NCBI GenBank assembly: GCA_950097015.1
Contig: CATNEN010000034.1
Span: forward strand, 620,001 to 684,000
DNA from: Macrostomum hystrix
Taxonomy: Eukaryota; Animalia; Platyhelminthes
Direction: 5' to 3'
Length of the DNA: 64,000 bases
Each line of letters starts with the position of its first letter. Positions within the stretch are counted from its first letter, which is position 1. The notes below the pieces were generated by a model. The model had not been told where the DNA came from and ran no database searches. It saw nothing but the letters and a program-made list of their open reading frames with translations. Shown in pieces: positions 1 through 14,708 of this stretch. Made by a program: the position numbers and the translations under genes.

Positions 1-3000
1 GCGACCGGGTCCTAGCCCAGTACAAAGCTGGCCAAGCCCAGATTCTTGTTGCCACCGACGTAGCTTCTCGCGGTCTAGGTATAGCACAGGTTGCAGCTGT
101 GTCTGCTTTATTGTCTATCTGTTTAGTGGTATGGGAAATGCTTGCTGCAAGGTGTGCTCTAGTCTACTGAGAATGAGATATAAGGTGTGCTCTAGTCTAC
201 TGAGAATGAGATATAAGGTTTGCTCTAGTCTACTGAGAATGAGATATAAGGTTTGCTCTAGTCTACTGAGAATGAGATATAAGGTGTGCTCTAGTCTACT
301 GAGAATGAGATATAAGGTTTGCTCTAGTCTACTGAGAATGAGATATAAGGTTTGCTCTAGTCTACTGAGAATGAGATATAAGGTTTGCTCTAGTCTACTG
401 AGAATGAGATAAGGTGTGCTCTAGTCTACTGAGAATGAGATATAAGGTTTGCTCTAGTCTACTGAGAATGAGATAAGGTGTGCTCTAGTCTACTGAGAAT
501 GAGATATAAGGTTTGCTCTAGTCTACTGAGAATGAGATATAAGGTGTGCTCTAGTCTACTGAGAATGAGATAAGTTGTGCTCTAGTCTACTGAGAATGAG
601 ATATAAGGTTTGCTCTAGTCTACTGATAATGAGATAAGTTGAGCTCTAGTCTACTGAGAATGAGATAAGTTGAGCTCTAGTCTACTGAGTATAGTACAAA
701 GTTATTATACTGTACGGCCTTGAGTCAGCAATTTTTATATTGGCAAAGTCGAAAAACTACTACTCTGACTTTCTGATGTGCTACAGATTTAGTTAGTTCT
801 GCATTTAATTTACTGGCAATTTTTTATTCTTGATTCTCATTACAAAATACTTAATTATGGAATTGTCTTTATAAAGGTAAGGCTGTCGAAGTTTAACCAT
901 TGCACTACTCAAAGTCTAATTTGGGTTGCTAAATTGCAACACTCTTCCTCTTGTTTGGTGAGCGAAGCGATTGCGCCGCGGCCTAGTAGGCTATTATTGA
1001 CTCAAATAGTAACTATGAGAAAAGAGCTTCGTTTAAAAAGGCTCACCATCGCGGTCTTCAACCTAGTCAATCATCAATGAAAAATTAGATATGAAACTCC
1101 CAATCTCTTTTTCGGCTATAGTTCTTGCTCTCAAACGTGTTTGCTTGCGCGCGTCGTGGCAGTGGTCGCACCTGCAACAGGGACAGTGTACATCGGCGGG
1201 CAGCTGGACAGGCTCTCTCTCCATCACTCCTATCTGTCCACTGTCGGCCTTATCGGGTCTCCGCAGTGACCTGTCTCTGTTGCGCCTGCGTTGTGTACTT
1301 CCATTCAGAGTCCCCGTCGCCCTATTTCGTTTTACAAACAAAACGCTAATCCGCATTAGCTAAGCTGTGTGCTGGCCAATGTGAATAACAGTGAGTGACG
1401 ATGGACTCAAGCACGCGCTTGTGTACACAGCTAGCCAATCGCGGGCCTGCAGTGACCGCTGTCGCAGCCGCAGCAGGAGCCGCCGCCGCCACAGTGTGAA
1501 CACTTGATTTTGGGCCTCGTCAAGTAAGTCTACTCTTGCGGCAATTCATTTTGAGCATTCTGTATTGCTTCTTAGTTAAATTAAGACGAGTATTAAAAAA
1601 ACTATCATACTCTGTTTCAAATTGAACAATAAATAATTAACATAATTCAATAAAGGCACAAATTTTATTGACAGCGAATTTAAACATTAAATTGCCTTCT
1701 TAAGCCAGTGAGTGAATGCGCCGCTTACTTGCTGTTGCTTCTGTTCAGGCACTTTCTATGAGCATGTCTGTAGAAATTCATAATTTAGCTTAAAAACTCG
1801 TTCTAAAAGCAAATAAAAATGATCTAGATGAAGCAATCGATGCTCAAATATTGCCGCCTAAGGCCCCAGGTGCATTGTGGCGACGCCAGCACAGACGGCT
1901 CATGCAAACCATTATTCTACTCATTATCACATGTTCCGTGCTATCCTATGGGTTCTAAGATTCTTATCTCACTCTCTTGGGATAAAAAAGAGAATCACTT
2001 CAGGTATCCTCTCTCCACTAGCAGAATCCCATCTCTACCCCAATCACTTTGAGAAGCTCTCCACGAGAATCCCATCTCTATCCACATCCCTTTGAGAAAC
2101 TCTCCACGAGAATCCCAACTCTACCCCAATCACTTTGAGAAGCTCTCCACGAGAATCCCATCTCTACCCCAATCACTTTGAGAAGCTCTCCACGAGAATC
2201 CCATCTCTACCCCAATCACTTTGAGAAGCTCTCCACGAGAATCCCATCTCTACCCCAATCACTTTGAGAAGCTCTCCACGAGAATCCCATCTCTATCCAC
2301 ATCCCTTTGAGAAGCTCTCCAAGAGAATCCCATCTCTATCCACATCCCTATGAGAAGCTCTCCATGAGAATCCCATCTCTATCCACATCCCTTTGAGAAG
2401 CTCTCCACGAGAATCCCATCTTGATCCACATCCGTTTGAGAAGCCTCCACGAGAATCCCATCTCTACCCCAATCACTTTGAGAAGCTCTCCACGAGAATC
2501 CCATCTCTACCCACATCCCTTTGAGAAGCTCTCCACGAGAATCCCATCTCTATCCACATCCCTTTGAGAAGCTCTCCACGAGAATCCCATCTCTATCCAC
2601 ATCCCTTTGAGAAGCTCTCCAAGAAAATCCCATCTCTATCCACATCCCTTTGAGAAGCTCTCCAAGAAAATCTCATCTCTATCCACATCCCTTTGAGAAG
2701 CTCTCCAAGAGAATCCCTTTCAGGCTCGCACTTGTTGATCACAGTTCTTGATTTTGTAAATACATGCCTCGTACTTTGCAGCAGCAAGTCGCGGCAATAT
2801 CGCTCGTATTAAGCTTAGAAAGCAGCTTAGTGCAAAAAAATCTTCCATCTTTGGTCGCTTACGCTTACCATTAATATCTAGTTAAGATGGAGAGGAAGAT
2901 TTTTAAAGCATTACTAAATAACTTACTGAACAAAAGATACGGAGCTAGAAATCCCGTCCCTGTGAGCTCGACTAAATTATATAAGCTATGCTCCATCCCC

Positions 3001-4273
3001 TTGCAGACATTGACGATATTGCCGCTGTAGTAAATGTGGACTTTCCAAACCAGCTGGAGGACTACATTCACAGGATTGGGCGCACAGCCCGCAGCCACAA
3101 GAGCGGCACATCTTATAGCTTTATCACTACTAAGAACATGAAGCTGGCTAAGGAACTTGTTAGCATACTCACACAGGCTAAGCAGGAAGTTAATCCAAAA
3201 CTATACAATCTGTGCGGCGCCAGCCAGGACTTCATGAGGAGTAAGATTCCTTGCCACGTTCTCTTATTATGACGCACCTACCTCCCCAAGATTTTACCCA
3301 CTTCCCCTGGTCCTTTGATATCCGCTTCCACTGATCCTTTGATATCCGCTTCCACTGATCCTTTGATATCCGCTTCCACTGATCCTTTGATATCCGCTTC
3401 CACTGATCCTTTGATATCCGCTTCCACTGATCCTTTGATATCCGCTTCCACTGATCCTTTGATATCCGCTTCCACTGATCCTTTGATATCCGCTTCCACT
3501 GATCCTTTGATATCCGCTTCCACTGATCCTTTGATATCCGCTTCCACTGATCCTTTGATATCCGCTTCCTGATCCTTTGATATCCGCTTCCACTGATCCT
3601 TTGATATCCGCTTCCACTGATCCTTTGATATCCGCTTCCCCTGATCCTTTGATATCCGCTTCCACTGATCCTTTGATATCCGTTTCCACTGATCCATGAA
3701 TTTTAACTTGTATCAATACTTTCACGTTGCGCGAATTCAGCCAGAGGTATTCAGGGACGCCGTTTCGGTGCTGGCGTTCGACAAGACGGCGGCGGCTACC
3801 GGGGCGGCGCAAGCGCTGGCGGTGGTAGCGGTGGTTACGGAAGCTACGGCGGTCGCTCGGCCCCAGCTGCGGCTGCTTCCGCCGCCCCCGCAGCCGCGGC
3901 CGCCTCTGGTGCCAGCTACAGCAGCTACGGCGCCCAGTCGCACTATTCGAACGGTTCCGCCTCAGCGTCTTACACTGCCCAGCCGGCGCCTCCGCCGCAG
4001 CCATTGATGCGCGGCCTCGGCTCAGCAGCCGCAGCGTCGGCAACATCAGCCGCTGTCGCCGCCGCCGCAGCGGCGATTGAGCGTCGCAATCAGCAGCAGC
4101 AGGGCAACGGAGCGAATGGCAGCAATCAGGCCCAGAGTTCCATTGGGCCTCAGCTGCCGCAGTCAACGTCTAACAACGGCGCTGGCGGCTATCAGCAGGC
4201 TGCTAGCGCTGGTTGGGGTGTCGCAGCTGCCGCCGCGCCTCAGACCTGGACTGGGCAGCGTTGGAATAGCTAA
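1..4273 (+). CDS. DDX5: DEAD-box RNA helicase, DDX5/DDX17/Dbp2 (p68) subfamily, 3' part; exons <1-78, 3007-3240, 3741-4273
   Basis: Exon <1-78 reads DRVLAQYKAGQAQILVATDVASRGL (motif V). GT at 79 and cag acceptor at 3005-3006 join in phase 1 to DIDDIAAVVNVDFPNQLEDYIHRIGRTARS (motif VI) ...KELVSILTQAKQEVNPKL. Donor GTAAGA at 3241, acceptor ttcag ending 3740, then a Gly/Arg/Tyr- and Ala/Gln-rich tail ending in TAA at 4271-4273. DDX5 versus DDX17 cannot be resolved from recall. Confidence 0.9.
149..690. repeat. 33/31-bp minisatellite (gtgtgctctagtctactgagaatgagatataag), DDX5 intron
   Basis: ~16-17 tandem copies visible directly. Confidence 0.95.
2008..2718. repeat. 43-bp minisatellite (ctctccacgagaatcccatctctaccccaatcactttgagaag), DDX5 intron
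   Basis: Period of 43 measured at 2057/2100/2143; two interleaved unit variants. Confidence 0.95.
3311..3695. repeat. 24-bp minisatellite (cctttgatatccgcttccactgat), DDX5 last intron
   Basis: ~16 near-perfect copies. Confidence 0.95.
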
Positions 4274-5399
4274 GAAGCTTATTTGGCGCCCCTAAGTGAG
4301 GCTTGCACAGCAACAGACTGAATATTTCCTCGTGGTTTTTACTGTTAATATAACCTAGAATACCGTGAGAATGTGTTTTGAAAACCTGGAAAGATAGCCT
4401 ACTCCATTTGGCCCGAGTGTGCATTCAGTCTCATTCGGATGGCAATTTACGCTTCTATTACTCGTACTATTTGCTGTTTATTCTTCATTAAGTTAAGATC
4501 TGATACGCAACGATCTAATTAAATTCCCAATATTAAACTGTGTCGTGTCTTTTAAGAAACTGTGTCATGCAAGCTAGTGGTTTTCGGTAACGTAGTAAAA
4601 GTATTTTTTAAGAAACTGGGGCTCTTTGGTCATTAGTTTTAGTCTAAATCAATCTTCTTAATGATCTCCAATTCGAAATGTACTAAGATTTCGCTGGGAG
4701 AAACCTAGCTAGCTAGCATATTGTAATATTATTAATAACCTATAGTTTCTGTAACAGTTACTGCTTTGGTCTGTCCAGCACGTTTTCTTTAACTATTATT
4801 GTCTCTTCTCACTGCTTTTTTATTGGCCACCCTAAACAGTTTCGTTTTATATTTTTATCGATAAAGTTTTGTAATAATTTTGGTAAAACAAGCCTCAAAT
4901 AACACCAACTTAATTACTTGTCTTTACTTTTCGCTTTTTAGTTGCTCCTTATTCCGATGTCTCTATTTATTATTTGTCTGTAAACTATTAGTTCCCACAC
5001 TAATAAGCTATTAATAGTTAGCCATGTTGTCTTCGCTGTTGCAGTCGCCGTCGTCCGTAAGCTAAACGAATGGAAGGAGTGAAGCTGACGATTAACCTAA
5101 TAAGTCGCCGTATTGGTTAAATACAAAGGCAATAAATTGCTAAATAAAATATTAATGTCCAGTTAACACCTGTTCGTTGTAAATCTGTTCTTTTGCTCTG
5201 TTACTTTCTGGAATTCTGTCTCTATGTATGAATTTAGTATAAAGGACTAGCAAATTCACCCCCCCCGCGTTCTAGGCAGCATAAAGGAATCAATTACTTA
5301 TCTAATGCTATTCGATTTCAGCCTAGCCCAGAACAGCTAGGGGCCTCGCAAGCTCCTTTGCGCTAGTCAACAACACTAGGCTACAGTCGTCCTTAGTAA

Positions 5400-8394
<2,995 letters not shown>

Positions 8395-9281
8395 ATGTAA
8401 CCATGGCAGCGCAGCAGTCTGGCTTGAACATATCCTTAAAGCTTTTAGAAATGTTCTAAGAAGAAAATGTTCTCTTCTTGACTCAATCGCTAGTGCTTGT
8501 TATCTTAGACACAATCGAATAGAATACCATTATTTTTTATAATTATAGTTGCACTAAACTTGTTTCAATCTGCATAGCAACTGTGTTGTTTACCTTGGAT
8601 ACGAATTAACCATGTCTGTAGCCAACTCAACTACTAAAAGTAGCTTAATGCCAATTAATTTTCAAAAATTCATGCAACTTCCCCCTTCATCTCAGCTAAA
8701 CATTCCTGTCTTTGCAAGCTAAGCATCACGAAGACAAAAGTGGCCCACTTGCTTATAAGTAATAATCTTTGTTGTATTGTCTACTGGCAGTAGTACCATT
8801 AAATATTGTCTAGTGCAGCTATTTAATTTGCAGTCTTTTACTGCTATCACTTTTTCTACTAATATAAATGCATGCATATATACCAGTGTTGCCCTCTACA
8901 ATTGTTCATATATATATATATTGTTATCTGTGCGCTGACATTGTCAGCAAAGGCCTTTTTTGGCTGGCTTTGTTTAAATGTGGTTCTCTATGTTGTAAAA
9001 TCTATATTGTCCCGTTATTTTGTTTTCCAATTAGCTAATTATACCAACTACTATTATCCAGTGATTTTCTCTCCATTTTTTATCTAACCCTGTCCAATGA
9101 AGCATCCGGTTGTGCTGTTGCAGCACTCGTGTCTCACATTTTCAAGCCCAGTTTAATTTTTGCCTACCTCCTTTTTCCATTGCTACTTTTTTCCGTCTAA
9201 TCTCATACTACTGCCGGGCTGTTTGGGAAAGTAGTGAGTTATGGACTGAAATGTAAAACTTGTTATTTCGGTACTCTAGTG

Positions 9282-10098
9282 CAGGGGTCGGCAAACTCCG
9301 GCCCGCGGGCCAGATGCGGCCCTCGAAGCTCCCAAATCCGGCACGTTTCCCCTTCTGACATCTACAGTGTCCTGTTTCATCTCTCTCGTGTCTAATCTCT
9401 CCCGTGTCTCATCTCTCCCGTGTCTCATCTCTCCTGTGTCTCATCTCTCCCGTGTCTCATCTCTCCCTTGTCTCATCTCTCCCGTGTCTCATCTCTCCCT
9501 TGTCTCATCTCTCCCGTGTCTCATCTCTCCCGTGTCTCATCTCTCCCGTGTCTCATCTCTCCCGTGTCTCATCTCTCCCGTGTCTCATCTCTCCCTTGTC
9601 TCATCTCTCCCGTGTCTCATCTCTCCCGTGTCTTATCTCTCCTGTGTCTCATCTCTCCCGTGTCTAATCTCTCCCGTGTCTAATCTCTCCTGTGTCTCAT
9701 CTCTCCCGTGTCTCATCTCTGCACTGTCTCATCTCTCCCGTGTCTCATCTCTCCCGTGTCTCATCTCTCCTGTGTCTCATCTCTCCCGTGTCTAATCTCT
9801 CCTGTGTCTCATCGCTCTCGTGTCTAATCTCTCCTGTGTCTCATCGCTCTCGTGTCTAATCTCTCCTGTGTCTCATCTCTCCCGTGTCTAATCTCTCCTG
9901 TGTCTCATCTCTCCCGTGTCTAATCTCTCCTGTGTCTCATCGCTCCTGTGTCTAATCTCTCCTGTGTCTAATCTCTCCCGTGTCTCATCTCTCGTGTCTC
10001 ATCTCCCCCCTATCTCATATTTATACAGTCAATGCGGCCCGCTGTCGTCTTTTAGGTTCTCTCTTTGGCCCGCCAGCAAATAAGTTTGCCTACCCCTG
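9282..10098. mobile_element. Non-autonomous hAT (Charlie/SPIN-like) DNA transposon / MITE, 817 bp, with internal minisatellite
   Basis: TIRs CAGGGGTCGGCAAACT (9282) and AGTTTGCCTACCCCTG (ends 10098), 15/16 match. Identical 8-bp TSD CTCTAGTG at 9274-9281 and 10099-10106. Subterminal GGCCC motifs. No transposase ORF. Confidence 0.9.
9367..10008. repeat. 15-bp minisatellite (tgtctcatctctccc) inside the hAT MITE
   Basis: ~40 copies between the MITE arms. Confidence 0.95.
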
Positions 10099-10466
10099 CT
10101 CTAGTGCAGCATATTCACACCGGTGCAAGTAGCTGGCCATGCAATCTGTTCACTGTTTAAACTCACTTTGATTTTGCTTTGTTAATTCGGTTTGTTTACT
10201 TGTTTCTTGTCGAGCTTATTGTCGCACACTGATCGTGTACAAACAAGTGTAAATGTGTTACTGTGGGGTCATTGTTTCGTCGTGTATAAATGAATGTTTT
10301 TACACACAGCAGGTCAATTCAATCTCAGCTTTTTGTGCAAATTATATCCTACACTGGTGCGCTGTCAGTGTGCAATTTGAAATTTTACTATATTTGCTTT
10401 ACAGAAATTAGTTTTAAATGATTGTTTTCCATTGTGTTTCATATTTTCTTATCCATCTTTAAATAG

Positions 10467-10800
10467 GGGGTTGTAACCTAGTGCTTAGAGCGTCGGACTC
10501 ACGATTTGAAGGTCGTGGGTTCGATTCCCGACTCCACTGGGTCTGGAACAATTTGAGTCCTGTAGCAAGACACTGAACTCTGCATTGCATCAGTTCACCC
10601 AGCTGTTAAATGGGTACAAGCATCAGGTGGGGAAATTGAGGGTGGGTGTGGCGTCCCCCAGTCCATGGACTGAACAGCCGTACGGCAGCCTTCAGATGCG
10701 CCGCGCAATAGCTGCGGCTGTGCTGTCGGCTGCACATCTGGCACTGCTCAAGTGTCTAGCTCAAGGACAGAGCTTTGCTTGGGCTGACATTAACTGATGC
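10467..10800 (+). mobile_element. tRNA-derived CORE-type SINE, near full length
   Basis: Head with A box (TAACCTAGTGC) and B box (GGTTCGATTCC). Central GAGTCCTGTAGCAAGACACTGAACTCTGCATTGCATCAGTTCACCCAGCTGTTAAATGGG aligns by eye with the recalled MIR/CORE domain. Colinear with the copy at 44791. Confidence 0.8.
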
Positions 10801-11990
10801 GCTACTCAAAGCAGAAACTGCAGTTATAAAGGCTTGCGAAAAAGCAAACAAATTTGATCCTCATTTTTCGAGCCATTTAACCAACTAACAAGCCCTTATC
10901 CCGCCCATCCACGCAGCTAGAGCAACTCAGAGTTTGAGCACATAAACAGATTTATGTGTCCGATCTCCGATCAGAAGCAGGCCAAAAATGCCAGCCCATC
11001 TAGCAGGGGGAGAAAGTATTGATTCTAGATTTATTTAGTCGGCATCTGGAACACGATCGCATTAAGGAGCGCTTGGAAGCCAAACTTGCTGACAAATAAA
11101 TATGGATGCCTTCGGACACAGAGTCTTCGTGGAAATTCATAAAACTTTAGCCATATCTTGAGTTTGCTCTCAGATGGCGCAGCTGCTCCTCCTATCTCAG
11201 CTTTTCTCTGTCTCTTTCGTGATCGGGGCCCAGTTGTCAGCGGTTATTTATGACTGTGGAATTGGCCTCCAGGGTGCTTCCATTAGGTCCGCTGCTTGTG
11301 GGAGGCCTTTTAGCTGCTCCCGCCCCTGAGAATCCCCCAGCCGAGATGGGAAGTGACAGTTGCAAGCCTTCGGTAAATCACTTGAAGTGGGGTGGGGCTG
11401 GGAGAGTGCTCAGGGGGGACGCAAGTTTTATTGCTTGCCTGAGAAGCCCCGGCCTTTAGTTTCAATTAAATTGTCTCAGAGGCCTCGTTGCCATCATTTC
11501 AACTAATTTGGCAGCACAAGCTGGCTAATGACTCCCTGCCAACATCAAAAGGCTGCTTTGAGCTGGCCTTCTGTTTCAGATCCATTAAGAGCTCGCCCGT
11601 CTATCTCATTCTCCTTCTCCCAACCCCAAGGGTGGCCTGCTCGAGTGGAGGCAAAGGGGAGGTGGCGGGGTGGCTGCTTTTTCTGAGAAGTGCCCGAGAG
11701 GCAACCGAGCGGGGTGAATGGCGACCGCAGGAGCATCGGGAAGAGGAGGCCGGCTTGTCTGTTTTGCTTTTCAGCAGCCGCTCAACGGCAGGGTTAGGGA
11801 TGATTTCCCGACGCATGATTCCCCATTTCTGGGCCACCTATGTGGGCTGCAACAGGCTCGTCAGCCAGAAACTCGGTGCAATGAGACTTAACTAGCAGCA
11901 ATTCCTCTCGGCGGCTAAATCAAGTCATAAATTCACCTTTTCCTGTCCATCAATAACTGCAACCAAACTTTGTGGGTCTTCCCGAATGTA

Positions 11991-12205
11991 GGATTAGCAA
12001 TCCATCCACTAATCCGTAGGTGGGATTAGCAATCCATCCACTAATCCATAGGTAGGATTAGCAATCCATCCACTAATCCGTAGGTTGGATTAGCAATTTA
12101 TCCACTAATCCGTAGGTGGGATTAGCAATCCATCGACTAATCCGTAGGTTGGATTAGCAATCCATCCACTAATCCGTAGGTTGGATTAGCAATCCATTCC
12201 CTAAT
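11991..12205. repeat. 32-bp minisatellite with internal inverted repeat (ggattagcaatccatccactaatccgtaggtg)
   Basis: Period of 32 (11991, 12023, 12055, 12087); ~6 copies. Confidence 0.9.
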
Positions 12206-12447
12206 ACATATTTTGAATTAGCAACACTTTCAAAGTGCTTTCCATGTTTCATTCTATCCAATATTTTCCATTTTCCACCACGCTCCTGAGTGTAGGCGAT
12301 ATATATCTATTTTAAGGCTTAAACGAAACCGAAAACACGTTGGGCGCAAGGATTAAGGTGATTAGGCACTAGCGCTGTAATTAGTGCTCTGTCTGGCCTA
12401 ATCAATGGGTTTAAGGTGCGTTTTCACACCTTTGCTGCAGTTAGGGT

Positions 12448-13825
12448 TCCTAACAGCTTGGTGGGTTTCCTGACAGTTTATTGGATTTCCTGACAGCTTG
12501 GTGGATCTCCTAACAGTTTGGTGGGTTTCCTGACAGTTTGGTAGGTTTCCTGACAGTTTGGTGGGTTGCCTGACAGTTTGGTGGGTTGCCTGAAAGTTTG
12601 GTGGGTTGCCTGACAGTTTGGTGGGTTGCCTGAAAGTTTGGTGGGTTGCCTGACATTTTGGTGGGTTGCCTGAGAGTTTGGTGGGTTGCCTGACATTTTG
12701 GTGGGTTGCCTGACAGTTTGGTGGGTTGCCTGACAGTTTGGTGGGTTGCCTGACAGTTTGGTGGGTTGCCTGAGAGTTTGGTGGGTTTCCTGACAGTTTG
12801 GTGGCTTTACTGACAGTTTTGTGGGTTTCCTGACAGTTTGGTGGCTTTACTGACAGTTTTGTGGGTTTCCTGACAGTTTGGTGGGTTGCCTGACAGTTTG
12901 GTAGGTTGCCTGAAAGTTTGGTGGGTTGCCTGACATTTTGGTGGGTTGCCTGAGAGTTTGGTGGGTTGCCTGACATTTTGGTGGGTTGCCTGACAGTTTG
13001 GTGGGTTGCCTGACATTTTGGTGGGTTGCCTGAGAGTTTGGTGGGTTGCCTGACATTTTGGTGGGTTGCCTGACAGTTTGGTGGGTTGCCTGACAGTTTG
13101 GTGGGTTGCCTGACAGTTTGGTGGGTTGCCTGACAGTTTGGTGGGTTGCCTGAAAGTTTGGTGGGTTGCCTGACATTTTGGTGGGTTGCCTGAGAGTTTG
13201 GTGGGTTTCCTGACAGTTTGGTGGGTTTCCTGACAGTTTGGTGGGTTGCCTGACAGTTTGGTGGGTTTCCTAACAGTTTGGTAGGTTTCCTGACAGTTTG
13301 GTGGGTTTCCTAACAGTTTGTTGGGTTTCCTGACAGTTTGTTGGGTTTCCTGACAGTTTGGTGGGTTGCCTGAAAGTTTGTTGGGTTTCCTGACAGTTTG
13401 GTGGGTTGCCTGACAGTTTGTTGGGTTTCCTGACAGTTTGGTGGGTTGCCTGAGAGTTTGTTGGGTTTCCTGACAGTTTATTGGATTTTCTGACAGCTTG
13501 GTGGATCTCCTGACAGTTTGGTGGGTTTACTGACAGTTTGGTAGGTTTCCTGACAGTTTGTTTGGTTTACTGACGGTTTGGTAGGTTTCCTGACAGTTTT
13601 GGTGGGTTGCCTGACAGTTTGGTGGGTTTACTGACAGTTTGGTGGGTTTACTGACAGTTTGGTGGGTTTACTGACAGTTTGGTGGGTTTACTGACAGTTT
13701 GGTGGGTTTACTGACAGTTTGGTAGGTTTCCTGACAGTTTGGTATTTTTCCTGGCAGTTTGGTGGGTTTCCTGACAGTTTGGTGGGTTTCCTGACAGTTT
13801 GGTAGGTTTCCTGACAGTTTGGTGG
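12448..13825. repeat. 20-bp minisatellite (ctgacagtttggtgggttgc)
   Basis: ~68 copies with variants. Confidence 0.95.
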
Positions 13826-14708
13826 TCCATGGTCCATTGTTTGCCTGACAACCTAGTCAGCATCGGCACTTCCCTTCGAGAGTCTGACAGAATTCTACAC
13901 AATATTCGACTCGGCAAAAAGAACTTGCTTATTGTTTTGCACGGTTACTCGCATCATTTGTTGAGAAGTTGGCTATTAAAATTCTTTGTAAGCATTCTTT
14001 ATAAACTAAATTAGACAATAATTAAAGTTTTTTTCAATAAAAAGCTAATAAAAATGTTGTATCCTAGCTACTATGCGCAAAAAAATCGCCCTAGTACACC
14101 AAACGTGTAATTACTACTTAGCAGTTTCTTGTCACAATCAAACAGCATATTGAATTCAACTGCCAAAGTTTCGATTATTTGAGTTAAAGTCGAGAAAAAC
14201 TCTTTCTTTGAAAACTTGCCGCCAAGAACAATGCTATTGTAGGGGCCATTGTACAAGCAGCGCGGGTTGCCTCGACTCAGACAGGTGGGCTTTTGACTGC
14301 GTGTGGGATGTGGAAATCGAAAATTGACAGGTAGCTCGTAGTTAGTTGTTGTGGAGTATGCAATAATTGAAGGAAGAAATGCTTGCGTGAGTCTAGACTC
14401 AGTTCCATATCTACTCGATTCTCTTTGCCGGCAATCGGTTTGAATTCCCAAAAAGTGGGCGTGTCAGCCTCGATTCATTTTGGTCCATTGTTAGGCTAAT
14501 GAAGTCCCTCTGCCACTTACAGGTGTAACCGCTTTCAAATGCAGTCGGATATCTAGACTTGCCGGTTGCTGTGCTAACAATCACAATTAGAATTTGTTTG
14601 AGAAACTTGAGCTCAAACTCTGGCTTGAATATTTATTTTTGATTCCTCATCCCGGATCACCGATTGCCCGATTCCCAGATCTTGAATTGCCGCTTCCAAA
14701 ACCCCGTT

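Noticed and set aside
1340-1500. Telomerase RNA or canonical H/ACA snoRNA
   Set aside because: There is no CUAACCCU template, no ACA correctly placed after the second hairpin, and the size is atypical. It is kept only as a generic structured-RNA candidate.
10467-10540. tRNA gene (Val-like anticodon loop) here and at 44794, 23911, 63938
   Set aside because: The 3' side of the T stem is about 3 nt short, anticodons differ between copies, and the head continues into a shared SINE body.
14071-14451. Minus-strand ORF with SRLTQAFLPSII, faintly like a CR1/L2 C-terminus
   Set aside because: Only a few residues match and no upstream RT motifs were found in any frame.
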